The notes beneath the pieces were generated by a model. It ran no database searches and was not told where the DNA came from. It saw only the letters and a program-made list of their open reading frames with translations. Shown here piece by piece: positions 37,406 to 47,401 of a stretch of DNA of 64,000 nucleotides (position 1 is its first letter; each line of letters starts with the position of its first letter). The position numbers and the translations under genes are program-made. The stretch comes from Candidatus Caldarchaeum sp. (lineage in GTDB: Archaea > Thermoproteota > Nitrososphaeria_A > Caldarchaeales > Caldarchaeaceae). The stretch is from assembly GCA_038885755.1 (NCBI GenBank), contig JAVZZH010000001.1, positions 32,001 to 96,000 on the forward strand, written 5' to 3'.

Positions 37406-37822
37406 ATGATGGACGCTGTGCAGCGTTTCACCGAAGCCTACGAGCAGGCTAGACAGTCGCCCACCGACGACAACATACTCAAGCTGCTGGAGTCCCTTCT
37501 GCCGTTCTCACCTCCGGGCTTGGAGTGGGGTCTGGAGGTGGCCAGCATCGCAGGCATAACCTACATTCTAGAGGGAGGTAGGGCGGTGGCAGTAAGGGTC
37601 TCGAGGGACGAGTTCGGCCCGTTCATGCAGACATCCGTGGCGGAGATACCTGTATCATCCATACCTTCGTCAGCTCTCCGAGAGGTCAGGAACGTCGAGG
37701 CCTTCATGCGGAGAATAACCTCCCACCTCAGGGAATGGGTCAGTAGGATGCCGGCCGGCGACAGCAGAAGAACGGCCGTTGAAACGCTTCTCAGAGCAGT
37801 CTCTCAGGCTGGTGAAAGATGA
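37406..37822 (+). CDS. hypothetical protein
   Basis: Fills the gap, promoter-like AT tract upstream, ATGA overlap with next gene. Confidence 0.7.
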   Translation: MMDAVQRFTEAYEQARQSPTDDNILKLLESLLPFSPPGLEWGLEVASIAGITYILEGGRAVAVRVSRDEFGPFMQTSVAEIPVSSIPSSALREVRNVEAFMRRITSHLREWVSRMPAGDSRRTAVETLLRAVSQAGER

Positions 37823-38088
37823 TAGAGAGGGTCTACGTCGACAGCGTTGAGGGAGACTATCCTTTCAGGGTTTTCCGAGGCCATGTCGTGTGGAGGAGTA
37901 TGAGCGTCCGGTTTGAGGGCGTTGTCTACCAGAGCGTAGGCGGGCCCAACGTGCGGGCATTCGTAGTCGATGAGGATGTTGAAAATTTAAAACGGGGCGG
38001 TGTTTCCGAGAAGGAGGTAGCCGAGCTGGAGCTCGAGCTTCAGCAGAAAATCATCCACGGCGAGGTTGAGCTGGATGGAGACAGATGA
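37819..38088 (+). CDS. hypothetical protein
   Basis: Overlapping operon arrangement and protein-like composition. Confidence 0.7.
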   Translation: MIERVYVDSVEGDYPFRVFRGHVVWRSMSVRFEGVVYQSVGGPNVRAFVVDEDVENLKRGGVSEKEVAELELELQQKIIHGEVELDGDR

Positions 38089-38488
38089 GGTCGTCAACAC
38101 CATAAAGGTTTCTCTCGAGTTTTCCAAGAACGGGTTGGTCGACGAAGTCCTCGAGCTCCATCATCAAGACTACACTCGGTTCAGCGACCTGCCTCCGTTC
38201 AGGCTTCAAACCCGGGACGAGGCCCTCAAGCTCAAGCTCAGCCTGATGACCGAGCTGGTTGATTTTGAATACTGGATGACGGAGCCGAAGGTGGTTATAA
38301 TGGGAGAAGTGGCCCTAGCGGTCTTCACGATGCGGTACAGAGGCATGGCCGTCAACAGCTACGCTTTCGAGGGTCGGATGGTCGATGCAGCTGTGCGGTG
38401 CAGCGTTGTCCTGAAGAGGGTTGGGAGAATCTGGAAGATACTGCACGAACATGTTTCGCGAGTTCCTGAAGGCTTTTCAGCGGATTAA
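38075..38488 (+). CDS. NTF2/SnoaL-like protein
   Basis: C-terminal RCSVVLKRVGRIWKILHEHVS. Confidence 0.8.
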   Translation: METDEVVNTIKVSLEFSKNGLVDEVLELHHQDYTRFSDLPPFRLQTRDEALKLKLSLMTELVDFEYWMTEPKVVIMGEVALAVFTMRYRGMAVNSYAFEGRMVDAAVRCSVVLKRVGRIWKILHEHVSRVPEGFSAD

Positions 38489-38923
38489 ACTCACAACCTC
38501 GGGAGGAGTTTTACCCAGCTCTATGTATCCTCTCAGGGTTTTCGCAAGCTCGTAAGCATAGTGCAGGCCCGCGGGAGGACCGTCTAAGCCGTAGAAAACC
38601 CCCTTACCCCTAACGTAGTAGAGGTTTTCACCACCTTCGACCGCCTTACAACGATGCTTTAAATTTTCAGCGTCAGACAGCTGGTGCAGCTCGAACACAG
38701 GCTCTTCACCAGTCTTGCAAACCACTAAAACCCAGTGCTTCCCCGCCGACGGCTCAGGCATCATGCCCTCCGTAGAGCTCAGAACATCGGGGCCGCGGAG
38801 CCCAACCCGCATCACACCACATCTTCTGCAACGCCACGCCTCCACAACCTTGACGAGCTCCGTGTTCATGTAGATGTTTAGGGCTCCGTGGTAGACGTAG
38901 TCATGGGACTCCTCGCAGCTCAA
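38477..38923 (-). CDS. hypothetical protein with HDY...WRCRRCG putative zinc site
   Basis: ORF track; third gene of a compact minus-strand operon. Confidence 0.65.
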   Translation of the reverse strand: MSCEESHDYVYHGALNIYMNTELVKVVEAWRCRRCGVMRVGLRGPDVLSSTEGMMPEPSAGKHWVLVVCKTGEEPVFELHQLSDAENLKHRCKAVEGGENLYYVRGKGVFYGLDGPPAGLHYAYELAKTLRGYIELGKTPPEVVSLIR

Positions 38924-38926
38924 GCC

Positions 38927-39589
38927 CTAGCCCTGCTTCTTCAGAATCACAGTCTCTCCCTTGTAAAGGCTTTTGAAACTCTCGGCGTCTTTTTCAGAAC
39001 CGACTATCGTGCCGTAATGCATCGGTATGGCTACTGCTGGCTTTATCAGGTTAGCTGCTTCAACAGCCTCCGACGCCGTCATCACATAAGTTCCGCTGAC
39101 CGGCAGGAGCGCCACGTCAGCCTTCACCTCCTTCATCTCCGGTATGAAGTCGGTGTCTCCCGCATGGTAGATCGACACGTCTCCCACGGAGATGACGTAG
39201 CCTACCCCGCCGTACTCACGGGGATGGAAGACCTTGCCAGGCTCCCGGAACTTGTTGACGTTATAGGCGGGAACCGCCTTGACTCTGATGTTGTCGATGA
39301 CCACCGTCTCGCCCGGCGAGACGTATCTGACGCTGCCCTTACCGAGCTTCTTCAACTCGTGTTCACAGTTCCTAGCCGCCACTATGACTGTCTTGTCGGT
39401 AGTTATTTTCCGCAGGTCGTCTAGACTCAAGTGGTCGAAATGGTCGTGAGTTATCAAAACCAGGTCTGCCGCCGGTCCTGAAGATATTTTATACGGGTCT
39501 ATGTAGATCGTTTTGTCTCTTTTAATCAGGTAGCTGTCGTGGCCGAGCCAGGTTATTTCAACGTCCCTGTATCTGTATGTCATCTCCAT
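38927..39589 (-). CDS. metallo-beta-lactamase-fold hydrolase (UPF0173-like)
   Basis: WLGHDS, IDP, THDHFDH, YHAGDT, PMHY. Confidence 0.92.
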   Translation of the reverse strand: MEMTYRYRDVEITWLGHDSYLIKRDKTIYIDPYKISSGPAADLVLITHDHFDHLSLDDLRKITTDKTVIVAARNCEHELKKLGKGSVRYVSPGETVVIDNIRVKAVPAYNVNKFREPGKVFHPREYGGVGYVISVGDVSIYHAGDTDFIPEMKEVKADVALLPVSGTYVMTASEAVEAANLIKPAVAIPMHYGTIVGSEKDAESFKSLYKGETVILKKQG

Positions 39590-39888
39590 CCATATGTGAT
39601 GCGTGTCTTTAAACTTTTTCGTGGAATCATCGCCTCCAGAACCCTTCTCGACAACAACTCAAGCCTCTTCTCCAGCAGGTCGCTCCCCATGAATAGAAGG
39701 TTGTACGTGCTGAACATCGCTGAAAACCTAACCTCCGCTCTGTTGTCAGAAAGCTTGATGGAGAGAACCTCTCCAAGCCTGCAAAACTCATTCCTACATC
39801 GAGCTTTAACAACCCCGTCTCCATCCTTGGCGAAAGTCAAGTCGTCGACGTTTTCCACCTCAGCCCCGCAGACACACCTAAGCTTCAC
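39580..39888 (-). CDS. small Cys-containing hypothetical protein
   Basis: CVCG...CRNEFC putative zinc ribbon. Confidence 0.65.
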   Translation of the reverse strand: MKLRCVCGAEVENVDDLTFAKDGDGVVKARCRNEFCRLGEVLSIKLSDNRAEVRFSAMFSTYNLLFMGSDLLEKRLELLSRRVLEAMIPRKSLKTRITYGWR

Positions 39889-39926
39889 AGGTCAAACATA
39901 AATCATAAAGCCTCTATTTTACCTCC

Positions 39927-40661
39927 GTGATAGACGTCCACTGCCACCTAACCGAGGAGCCTCTGTACAGCAGTCTGGGCAGGGTTCTCGACGAAGCAAG
40001 GTCTTCGAATGTTGCTGCCGTCATATCGTCGGGCATAGGTTTCGAGGATTGTTTAAAGGTTTTGGAGATAGCGGACAACAGATACGTGCATGCCTCGTTG
40101 GGCGTTGAGCCTTATGCGCTTGACAACTACGAAAAAGTCGTGGAGCTGATTGAGGAGAACAGGCATAGAATAGTTGCGGTCGGCGAGGTGGGGCTTGACT
40201 ACTACTGGGGAGCTAGGGAGAGCCGGGAGCTTCAGATGAGAGTTTTCAGAGAGTTCATAGAGTTGGCCGCAAGGCACGACCTTCCGCTGGTTGTTCATTC
40301 CCGGAGCGCCGGCCGATACGCCCTAGATGTTTTGATCGAGGCTCGGGCGGAGAGAGTTGTGATGCATGCTTTCGACGGCTCAGCGTCTGAGGCTGTACGA
40401 GGGGCTTCGAAAGGCTACTTCTTCTCCATACCTCCGTCCATCGTACGGTCTGAGCAGAAGCAGAAGCTGGTGAGCAGAGTAGGGCTGGAAAACCTGCTGC
40501 TGGAGAGCGACGCCCCCGTTTTAGGGCCTGAAAGGGGAGTGGTCAACACGCCGGCCAACATAAGGATATCCGCTGAAAGAATATCCAGCATAAAGAAAAT
40601 ATCTTTCGAGAAAGTGGTTGAGACGACTTCCGAAAACGCTAGAAACATTTTTAAGATTTGA
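39927..40661 (+). CDS. tatD: TatD-family nuclease
   Basis: DVHCHL, GEVGLDY, VHSR, MHAF, LESDAP. Confidence 0.94.
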   Translation: MIDVHCHLTEEPLYSSLGRVLDEARSSNVAAVISSGIGFEDCLKVLEIADNRYVHASLGVEPYALDNYEKVVELIEENRHRIVAVGEVGLDYYWGARESRELQMRVFREFIELAARHDLPLVVHSRSAGRYALDVLIEARAERVVMHAFDGSASEAVRGASKGYFFSIPPSIVRSEQKQKLVSRVGLENLLLESDAPVLGPERGVVNTPANIRISAERISSIKKISFEKVVETTSENARNIFKI

Positions 40662-40684
40662 CTTGAGGCGTAGGTGGAAAAGGC

Positions 40685-41656
40685 TTGACGAAGATACATC
40701 ATCTTCCATGGGTTGAGAAATACAGGCCCATGAAACTCGACGACGTGGTCAACCAGGACGAGGTTATAGCTGCGTTGAAGAATATCGTGGCATCGAAAAA
40801 CGTTCCTCACATGCTGTTCACGGGACCTCCGGGCACAGGCAAAACAGCCACAGCCCACGCATTCGCCTGCGAGCTCTTCGGGCCGAGGTACATCGAGGAC
40901 GGGTTGTTCATGGAGATCAACACCTCTGACGAGAGAGGGATCGAGACGATTAGAGAACGGGTTAAGACTTTCGCCAGAACCGTGCCCATGAGCGGTGCGG
41001 AGTTTCGAATCCTCCTGCTGGATGAAAGCGACCAGCTAACGGACGCGGCTCAGCACGCCTTCAGGAGGACGATGGAGCAGTTCTCCACAACATGCAGGTT
41101 CATACTAGCGGCCAACTACAGCAACAGGATAATTGAACCGATCCAGTCTAGGTGCGCGGTTTTACGGTTCAAGCCGCTTTCGCTGGAGAGCGTCAGCAAG
41201 ATGCTGAAGAAGATAGCGGAGGCAGAGAATTTTCAGCTGGACGAGGAAGCCGTCAAGGCAATATTCGACTTCTCGCTGGGCGACATGAGAAAGGCCATCA
41301 ACATACTCCAGTCGGCTTCAGCGCTGTCCAAGAAAGTAGATGAAAAAACCGTATACCAGGTGATGGGCTATGTCAGCAGGGGAGAGGTTAGACGGATGCT
41401 CGAGCTGGCTTTGGACGGTAAGTTCCTCGAAGCTCGTGAAGTGCTTAGAAACCTGATATACGTTCAGGGACACCAACCCCAAGACCTGGTATCTTCGTTG
41501 TCGAGGGAGATACCGTTGTTGCAGGTCTCTGAAGCAGACAAGGTGCGTCTGGTCGAGTTTTTGGGGGAGACAGACTACCGCATATCCGAGGGCGGCACAC
41601 CCGAGGTACAGCTGCTGGCTTTCCTAGCGAAGCTTACTGTCATGAAAAGAGCATGA
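40685..41656 (+). CDS. rfcS: replication factor C small subunit
   Basis: WVEKYRP, GPPGTGKT, SDERGI, LDESD, QSRC; no intein. Confidence 0.97.
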   Translation: MTKIHHLPWVEKYRPMKLDDVVNQDEVIAALKNIVASKNVPHMLFTGPPGTGKTATAHAFACELFGPRYIEDGLFMEINTSDERGIETIRERVKTFARTVPMSGAEFRILLLDESDQLTDAAQHAFRRTMEQFSTTCRFILAANYSNRIIEPIQSRCAVLRFKPLSLESVSKMLKKIAEAENFQLDEEAVKAIFDFSLGDMRKAINILQSASALSKKVDEKTVYQVMGYVSRGEVRRMLELALDGKFLEAREVLRNLIYVQGHQPQDLVSSLSREIPLLQVSEADKVRLVEFLGETDYRISEGGTPEVQLLAFLAKLTVMKRA

Positions 41657-42903
41657 CGAGCCGACCTGCTGACCCCGCCATGCCTTGGACCGAGAAACAC
41701 AGGCCGTCGAAGGTCTCGGAGATTGTTGGGAACAAGGAAGCGGTTGTAGAGTTTTTGAAATGGGTTGAGGGGTGGCAAAAGAAGAGGCCGGATAAGAAAG
41801 CTGTCATGCTCTACGGCCCGGCTGGAGTGGGCAAGACTTCTCTCGTCCACGCCTTCGCAAGAGAAAACGGATGGGAGGTTATAGAGATGAACGCCAGCGA
41901 CTTCAGAACCAAGGATAACTTGGAACGTGTTGTCGGGGCGGCCTCCTCCCAAGCCTCGATAACTATGGCAAAAAACAAAATAATCTTAGTCGATGAGGTA
42001 GATGGAATAGACACAAGACAGGACGCGGGAGCCGTGTCTGCACTAGTGCAGATAATAGATAATACCATGGTCCCGGTCGTGCTCGTTGCCAACGACCCTT
42101 GGAACCCTAGGCTGGCTCCTATCCGTGAAAAATCCCTCCTGATACAGTTCAGGAGAATTCCCAAGCCGAGCATCGTTGCTCATCTGAAAAAGATAGCCGT
42201 GGCTGAGAAGCTGAAGCTGCCTGAAGAAGTCATAAAATCTGTGGCCGATAGCTCCGGAGGAGACCTTCGTTCAGCCATCAACGACTTGCAGCTTCTGGCG
42301 GCGGCCGGGGGCGTGAGCCTTGAACCGGGCTCTAGGGACAGAAGGGTGGAAGTCTTCGAAGCCTTGGCCAAGGTCTACCACTCTAAAAGCTATTCAGACG
42401 CCGTGGAGGCCTTGGAGGGGTTGGACATGGACCCGGCCGACTTTTTCACATGGGTGCTTGACAACGCACCCGAACAGCTATCGCCGCCAGACCTTGTCGA
42501 AGCCTTGGAGAACCTTTCCAAAGCCGACCTCTTCCTCCAACGTGTAAACGCCACGCAGTCCTGGCATCTTCTAAGATATGCGATACCTCTTATGACGGCT
42601 GGAGTAGCCGTGTCGAGAAAGCATCCAACCGGCAGATTCATAAAGTTCAGCTTCCCCAGCAGAGTGAGATATCTAGGCCAGACACGCGCCGAGAGGGAGC
42701 TGCTTGAAAGGGTTTGCACGAAGATTGGTTCAAGACTTCACATGTCGAGAAGGAAGGCGCGTACAGAGATGCTCCCGTTCATAAGGGTTTTGATGACAGC
42801 CGGCGGAGATGATTTGGTTGAGTTTTTCAGCTTCACGGAGGAGGAGGCCGCGTTTCTCCGTGGAGGCGAGGCGGGGAGGAAAAGGAGGAAGACTAGCGGC
42901 TGA
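41653..42903 (+). CDS. rfcL: replication factor C large subunit
   Basis: WTEKHRP, GPAGVGKT, EMNASD, DEVDG, GDLRSAINDLQ. Confidence 0.96.
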   Translation: MTSRPADPAMPWTEKHRPSKVSEIVGNKEAVVEFLKWVEGWQKKRPDKKAVMLYGPAGVGKTSLVHAFARENGWEVIEMNASDFRTKDNLERVVGAASSQASITMAKNKIILVDEVDGIDTRQDAGAVSALVQIIDNTMVPVVLVANDPWNPRLAPIREKSLLIQFRRIPKPSIVAHLKKIAVAEKLKLPEEVIKSVADSSGGDLRSAINDLQLLAAAGGVSLEPGSRDRRVEVFEALAKVYHSKSYSDAVEALEGLDMDPADFFTWVLDNAPEQLSPPDLVEALENLSKADLFLQRVNATQSWHLLRYAIPLMTAGVAVSRKHPTGRFIKFSFPSRVRYLGQTRAERELLERVCTKIGSRLHMSRRKARTEMLPFIRVLMTAGGDDLVEFFSFTEEEAAFLRGGEAGRKRRKTSG

Positions 42904-44044
42904 TGTCTTTCAACAACTCCCTCTCGAGAAGCTGGACAGGTATGCCTGGGAGGTAGATGTATGTCTTCCTTCCCTTAGCTCCCTCGCTCTTGACGCTGAT
43001 CCTCAGGAACCCGAGGTCTTGAAGCTGCTGAAGCGTTTCCCAGAAGGTCGTGTAGCCCTTAGCCTCAGTCTTAAGCTCCTCGCACACAAGCCTATAGTAC
43101 TGGAAGAGGTCTGCGGCGGTGATGGATGTCCGGGTTCCTGAAAGGCCGCGGGCCGAGGCTAGCAGGACCAGCCTTTCATCCTTCGATAGGTAGGAGAGGT
43201 TCTCCCTCCTTATGGTTGGGTAGACGCTTGCCAGGGCCTTCCTGACATGCTCGGCCTCGACAGTGGAGCTTCCCTCAGCCTCCGCATACTTGCCTGAACG
43301 CCACAGAAGGTCGATCGCGTATCGTGCATCCTTCCTCTCCGCAGCTGCCTGGGCTATGAACTCCAGAACCTCGTCGCTCAAAGCGTTCCGCTGGAACGCC
43401 TCCTCAGCCCTGTACCGTAGAATATCCAGCAGCTGGTTGTAGTCGTACTCCTGCAGGTGGATGTTGTTGCCGCCCATCCCGCTGATGGTCTGGCTGTCGA
43501 GCCTGTCGAGAATTTCCGGTTCTCGGAAAATCAATACTAGGGAGATCAGGCCACCGTCAGCCGTCCCCTCACCCAGCCTTGTGAGAAAGTAGACAGCCTC
43601 GCTTCCCTCCTCTGAGATTAGGGCCTCGACCTCGTCTAGACAAAGCACGAGGCGGAGGCCTGTGGTGCGGAGAAACTTCACAAGCACGTCGAAGACCTCC
43701 TCGTCAGAGTACCCTCTCCTTGGAAGGTCTAGTCCAAGCTGCTCAACGGTCTTCCGCAAAACCGTGTACAGCGATCTGTTTATCCTGGAGTTGACGTAAG
43801 TGAACCTGACCTTCCTACCCAGCTCACGGGCTTCCCGCTCGAGATTGAGGCCGAAGAGCTTAGCGAGGCTTGTCTTACCTGTTCCAACCGCCCCCCAGAT
43901 GAAAACCCTCACCTGGAAAGCCCTGTCGTCGTTCAGGACGGAGGAGAAGAACGATCTTAGAAGCCTCATCTCCTCCTCGCGGTAAGGAAGCTTCTCGGGG
44001 ACGTACTCGGGAGAAAGCTTTTCCTCATGTTTGAAGACCGGCAT
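42893..44044 (-). CDS. cdc6: Orc1/Cdc6 replication initiator
   Basis: YVPEKLPYRE, GAVGTGKT, LDEVE, DARYAI, C-terminal winged helix with GRKT. Confidence 0.93.
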   Translation of the reverse strand: MPVFKHEEKLSPEYVPEKLPYREEEMRLLRSFFSSVLNDDRAFQVRVFIWGAVGTGKTSLAKLFGLNLEREARELGRKVRFTYVNSRINRSLYTVLRKTVEQLGLDLPRRGYSDEEVFDVLVKFLRTTGLRLVLCLDEVEALISEEGSEAVYFLTRLGEGTADGGLISLVLIFREPEILDRLDSQTISGMGGNNIHLQEYDYNQLLDILRYRAEEAFQRNALSDEVLEFIAQAAAERKDARYAIDLLWRSGKYAEAEGSSTVEAEHVRKALASVYPTIRRENLSYLSKDERLVLLASARGLSGTRTSITAADLFQYYRLVCEELKTEAKGYTTFWETLQQLQDLGFLRISVKSEGAKGRKTYIYLPGIPVQLLERELLKDISR

Positions 44045-44140
44045 GTCCCTGTCTCTCGTTGGACGAGGGCGGCATTAAAGATTGAGAGTTATCCGAAAAT
44101 GGAGTGAGGCTTAAATGACAGCTCGATGCGTTGAGCCGGG

Positions 44141-45103
44141 ATGTCCGAGGTCTGGGACATCAACCAGGACGTCAGAGTAATCGAGCTCGTCGGTAATGTG
44201 GATAAACCCGTGCGCTGTTTCTTGGTCAAGCAGGGAGACAGTCATGTGCTGTTGGACACAGGGTATCCGGAGACGGCTGAAGAACTGCTCAAAGCCATCG
44301 AAAAATACAGAGTCTCAACAACCCTGCTTACACATCTTCACCTCGACCATTCCGGCGGAGCGTCTGAAGTCAAGAAGAGAAAGCACACGTCGCTGGCGTA
44401 TCATGAAAGGGAGTACCAGACCCTCAAGATACTTTTAGAGGCTCAGCCGTGGCTGGACAAAATCCTTGGACCGGGAGACCATGAGTATTTCAGTAAATTT
44501 CTACAGTATGTAAGGAGTATTCCTGAGCCTGACATCTTCGCCTACGAGGGGATGAGTTTTGGTGGTTGGCGTGTGGTCTACACGCCGGGGCATACAGCGG
44601 GGCACGTCATCGTCGTAGGCGGGAGGGTGGGCATCACAGCCGACCTCATCCTAGAAAACGACACCACCAACGTAGCCTACATCCCTTTCGAAAACTACCA
44701 CCCCCTAACAGAGTTTCTGAAGAACCTAACCAAGCTGACAAAGATGAACCTCGAAACAATAGTTCCGTCGCACGGCCCCCTGATAAGGGACTGCAGGAAA
44801 AGAGCAGCTGAGATATTCCTCCACCACCGTCAGAGACTCGCGGAGGCCTCGAAGATCCTGACCACCCGAGAAACCCCGGCGCTCGAAGTGGCGCGTGAAA
44901 TAAGATGGTCGAAAGGCCCGTTCGACGAGCTTTCCGCAGTCGACAAATGGCTGGCTTACCTAGAGACTTTATCGCACCTAGACTTTCTCGTTGAGGCGGG
45001 TCTAGCTGTGGAGGTGTCGCAGACCGTTTACAGGCTGAACGAGGAAGGTGGCTGGAGCCAGGTCGAGGAGAAGCTTAAACGGCTTTCAGAAAACCTCTTC
45101 TGA
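44141..45103 (+). CDS. metallo-beta-lactamase-fold hydrolase with C-terminal winged helix
   Basis: LDTG, THLHLDHSGG, TPGHTAGH, PSHG. Confidence 0.88.
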   Translation: MSEVWDINQDVRVIELVGNVDKPVRCFLVKQGDSHVLLDTGYPETAEELLKAIEKYRVSTTLLTHLHLDHSGGASEVKKRKHTSLAYHEREYQTLKILLEAQPWLDKILGPGDHEYFSKFLQYVRSIPEPDIFAYEGMSFGGWRVVYTPGHTAGHVIVVGGRVGITADLILENDTTNVAYIPFENYHPLTEFLKNLTKLTKMNLETIVPSHGPLIRDCRKRAAEIFLHHRQRLAEASKILTTRETPALEVAREIRWSKGPFDELSAVDKWLAYLETLSHLDFLVEAGLAVEVSQTVYRLNEEGGWSQVEEKLKRLSENLF

Positions 45104-45154
45104 CCCTGTTAGGCAAGGGCAAACATTTTTATCAATCTAAGGCGAACTTCAGCC

Positions 45155-47401
45155 ATGCCTTCTCCGCGCACAACCTTATCCCTAGTTATTCTATCTATGG
45201 TGGTCGTCAGCCTTCTCCCTATGCAGGCTGTCTGGGCTGAGCGTGTTCAGCAGCGGGATGAAATCAGTGTTCTGCCGATAAAGGGCGAGCTCGTGGTCAA
45301 CGTGTTTCTCTACGACGTCAGTCTAAGCTGGTTCGAGGCAAGAGACCTCAGACACCTTCTCCAACTCCTCAGGGATACTAATGCGATAAGGCCCTTCGCC
45401 AGATCTCAATTCTATTCTAGGGGGACAGAATTTGTTCCGTTCGAGTTCGAAGTAAAACTAAACCTGATAGTTCCCTCAGCGAGGATACAGCAGGAGTTCC
45501 GCGAGCTTCTAAAATCTCGAGTTTCCCGGACACCGTACCAAATCGCTCAACAAGCAGTCGAGTTTGCCGTAGGCTATGGTATGCCTCTGGCTTGGACCGA
45601 CCAGACGATTAGAGCCCGGGACGCTCTATACGTGTTTTCATACCTGACGGAGAAATACTTTCCAGAGGTGGCTGGAAAATACGCCATCTTCCTTTTCTGC
45701 GGAATTCCTGCGATGGGAGGCGATAGGCCAGCCATCTACTACACTTACGGCCAGTCTCCTGACACGGGGGCATACCTGGCCGACTTCGGGCTCAGCATGT
45801 ACGGAGGTTCTTGGTGGGGCAGGTATTTCTACGTCGACCTTTGCTCATACCCGCCTAGGAGCTTCTATCAACAGCTCAAGCCGATATTCGAGCTTGGGAC
45901 GGCTGCGGAGCGTGTTTACCATGTTGCCGAGTTGATAGACATCATCATCGACATGGAGTTCGTCAAATCTCTAATTTACAAACCGCGGTACAACATTCAG
46001 ACGTTGTTTGACGTGATTGTCGTGGACGCTACCGTGGCAGGCGTGGGCTACGACATGATAGTTCGATATTTTGATTCTGAGTTGCTGTCGAAGGCTTTCA
46101 GAACCTTGATGCCCTACAACTTCTTCACGACCAGGCTGAGAGAGGTTGAACTGAGGGATGTGCCCGAGCTCAGTCAAGCCATACAGCACACCCCTGAAGG
46201 CATTCTGCTGCTTCCGGAGAAAGCGTACGACATTCTCAAAAGACGAGGCATGATTGACGAGTCGATTAGGGAATTTATGGACTATGTCCCAGCCATAATC
46301 CTCTACACCACGACAACATCATGGGTAAAAGAACCAAGCGTTCTGGGTGTTGCAGTAGGTAGGCAGGACGACCCGTCGCTCCCGTTGGCAGCCACTGGAG
46401 CCATATATCATGAAGTGCTTATCAAGCAGGGTCTAACGCCGCTCGTGATGCATGAAATAGGTCATACGTTGGGGCTTAGGCATCCGCATGACGATTTTGA
46501 CGAATACAGGAACTCGGGAGTAGGTTTTTTCGCGTTAACCTACTTCACCGAGACTGTTATGAGCTACAGCCAATCATGGATTGTAAGTCTTAACCGTGAG
46601 AAAATCTTTGAAGATCTTTACCCCATCAGGACTTTCTGGAGCATCTTCGACCTAGACAACATAGACCGGGCCGTCGTCTGTCTCCTGCTTCAAGAATATG
46701 AACAAAACCACCGTGAAATCATCCAGAGTCTCAAGAGCGCCGGACTCGACCTAACGGATGTTCCTGAAATCAAAGAGGCTCTTGATCTGGCGAGGCAGTA
46801 TAGCTTGACGGCGGTCGACGAGTTCAGGAACCATAATTATTTTGACAGGAAGTCCTTCAAGGGTTTAGGAGCTCAGCTCGTCTCAGCCTTTGACTATGCA
46901 TTCGTTGCTGCGCTGCAAACGGGGAACATAAAGGACTACTACCTGCCAGGCGTTCTCTACGAGGTGGGCAGGCTTGGAGCTCAGGCCTCGGCCTTGAGAC
47001 AAAATCTCTCGAACCTTAGGGCGGAGACGGAGAGCGCCCGTAGGGCGCTGGAAGAGTCTCAGCGGCTGCTTTCTCAAAAGAGGCAGGAGCTGCAGAGTCT
47101 GATGTCTGCTGGCGAGTCTCTGAACGCCGAGCTTCAGAGGGTTGAGCAAGCTGTTGCAGAAGTTAGGAGAGTTAGGGATGAGGTTTCGCGGAAGGAAGCT
47201 GAGCTGCAACGAGTTGTTAACTCTGTTAAACAGTCTGAGGAGGAACTGTCTTCTTTGAGGTCTCAGAACAACACGCTGTTAGCTGTTCTAGCTGTGGAGG
47301 TAGTTGTAGTCGCGGCTTTGGTGGTCTGGTTTAGGAGGAACAACCGTAGAGGGCTTCCCCCGCCGCCTCCACCGCCCCCCTTGCCTACAGCTTCCTCCTG
47401 A
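45155..47401 (+). CDS. membrane-anchored metzincin-type zinc protease, paralog A
   Basis: Signal peptide, HEIGHTLGLRH, Met-turn-like ETVMSY, coiled coil, C-terminal TM, poly-Pro tail. Confidence 0.85.
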   Translation: MPSPRTTLSLVILSMVVVSLLPMQAVWAERVQQRDEISVLPIKGELVVNVFLYDVSLSWFEARDLRHLLQLLRDTNAIRPFARSQFYSRGTEFVPFEFEVKLNLIVPSARIQQEFRELLKSRVSRTPYQIAQQAVEFAVGYGMPLAWTDQTIRARDALYVFSYLTEKYFPEVAGKYAIFLFCGIPAMGGDRPAIYYTYGQSPDTGAYLADFGLSMYGGSWWGRYFYVDLCSYPPRSFYQQLKPIFELGTAAERVYHVAELIDIIIDMEFVKSLIYKPRYNIQTLFDVIVVDATVAGVGYDMIVRYFDSELLSKAFRTLMPYNFFTTRLREVELRDVPELSQAIQHTPEGILLLPEKAYDILKRRGMIDESIREFMDYVPAIILYTTTTSWVKEPSVLGVAVGRQDDPSLPLAATGAIYHEVLIKQGLTPLVMHEIGHTLGLRHPHDDFDEYRNSGVGFFALTYFTETVMSYSQSWIVSLNREKIFEDLYPIRTFWSIFDLDNIDRAVVCLLLQEYEQNHREIIQSLKSAGLDLTDVPEIKEALDLARQYSLTAVDEFRNHNYFDRKSFKGLGAQLVSAFDYAFVAALQTGNIKDYYLPGVLYEVGRLGAQASALRQNLSNLRAETESARRALEESQRLLSQKRQELQSLMSAGESLNAELQRVEQAVAEVRRVRDEVSRKEAELQRVVNSVKQSEEELSSLRSQNNTLLAVLAVEVVVVAALVVWFRRNNRRGLPPPPPPPPLPTASS

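Noticed and set aside
44045-44140. Replication origin next to cdc6
   Set aside because: Only 96 nt, with no repeated ORB-like TTCCAGTGGAA boxes and no AT-rich unwinding element
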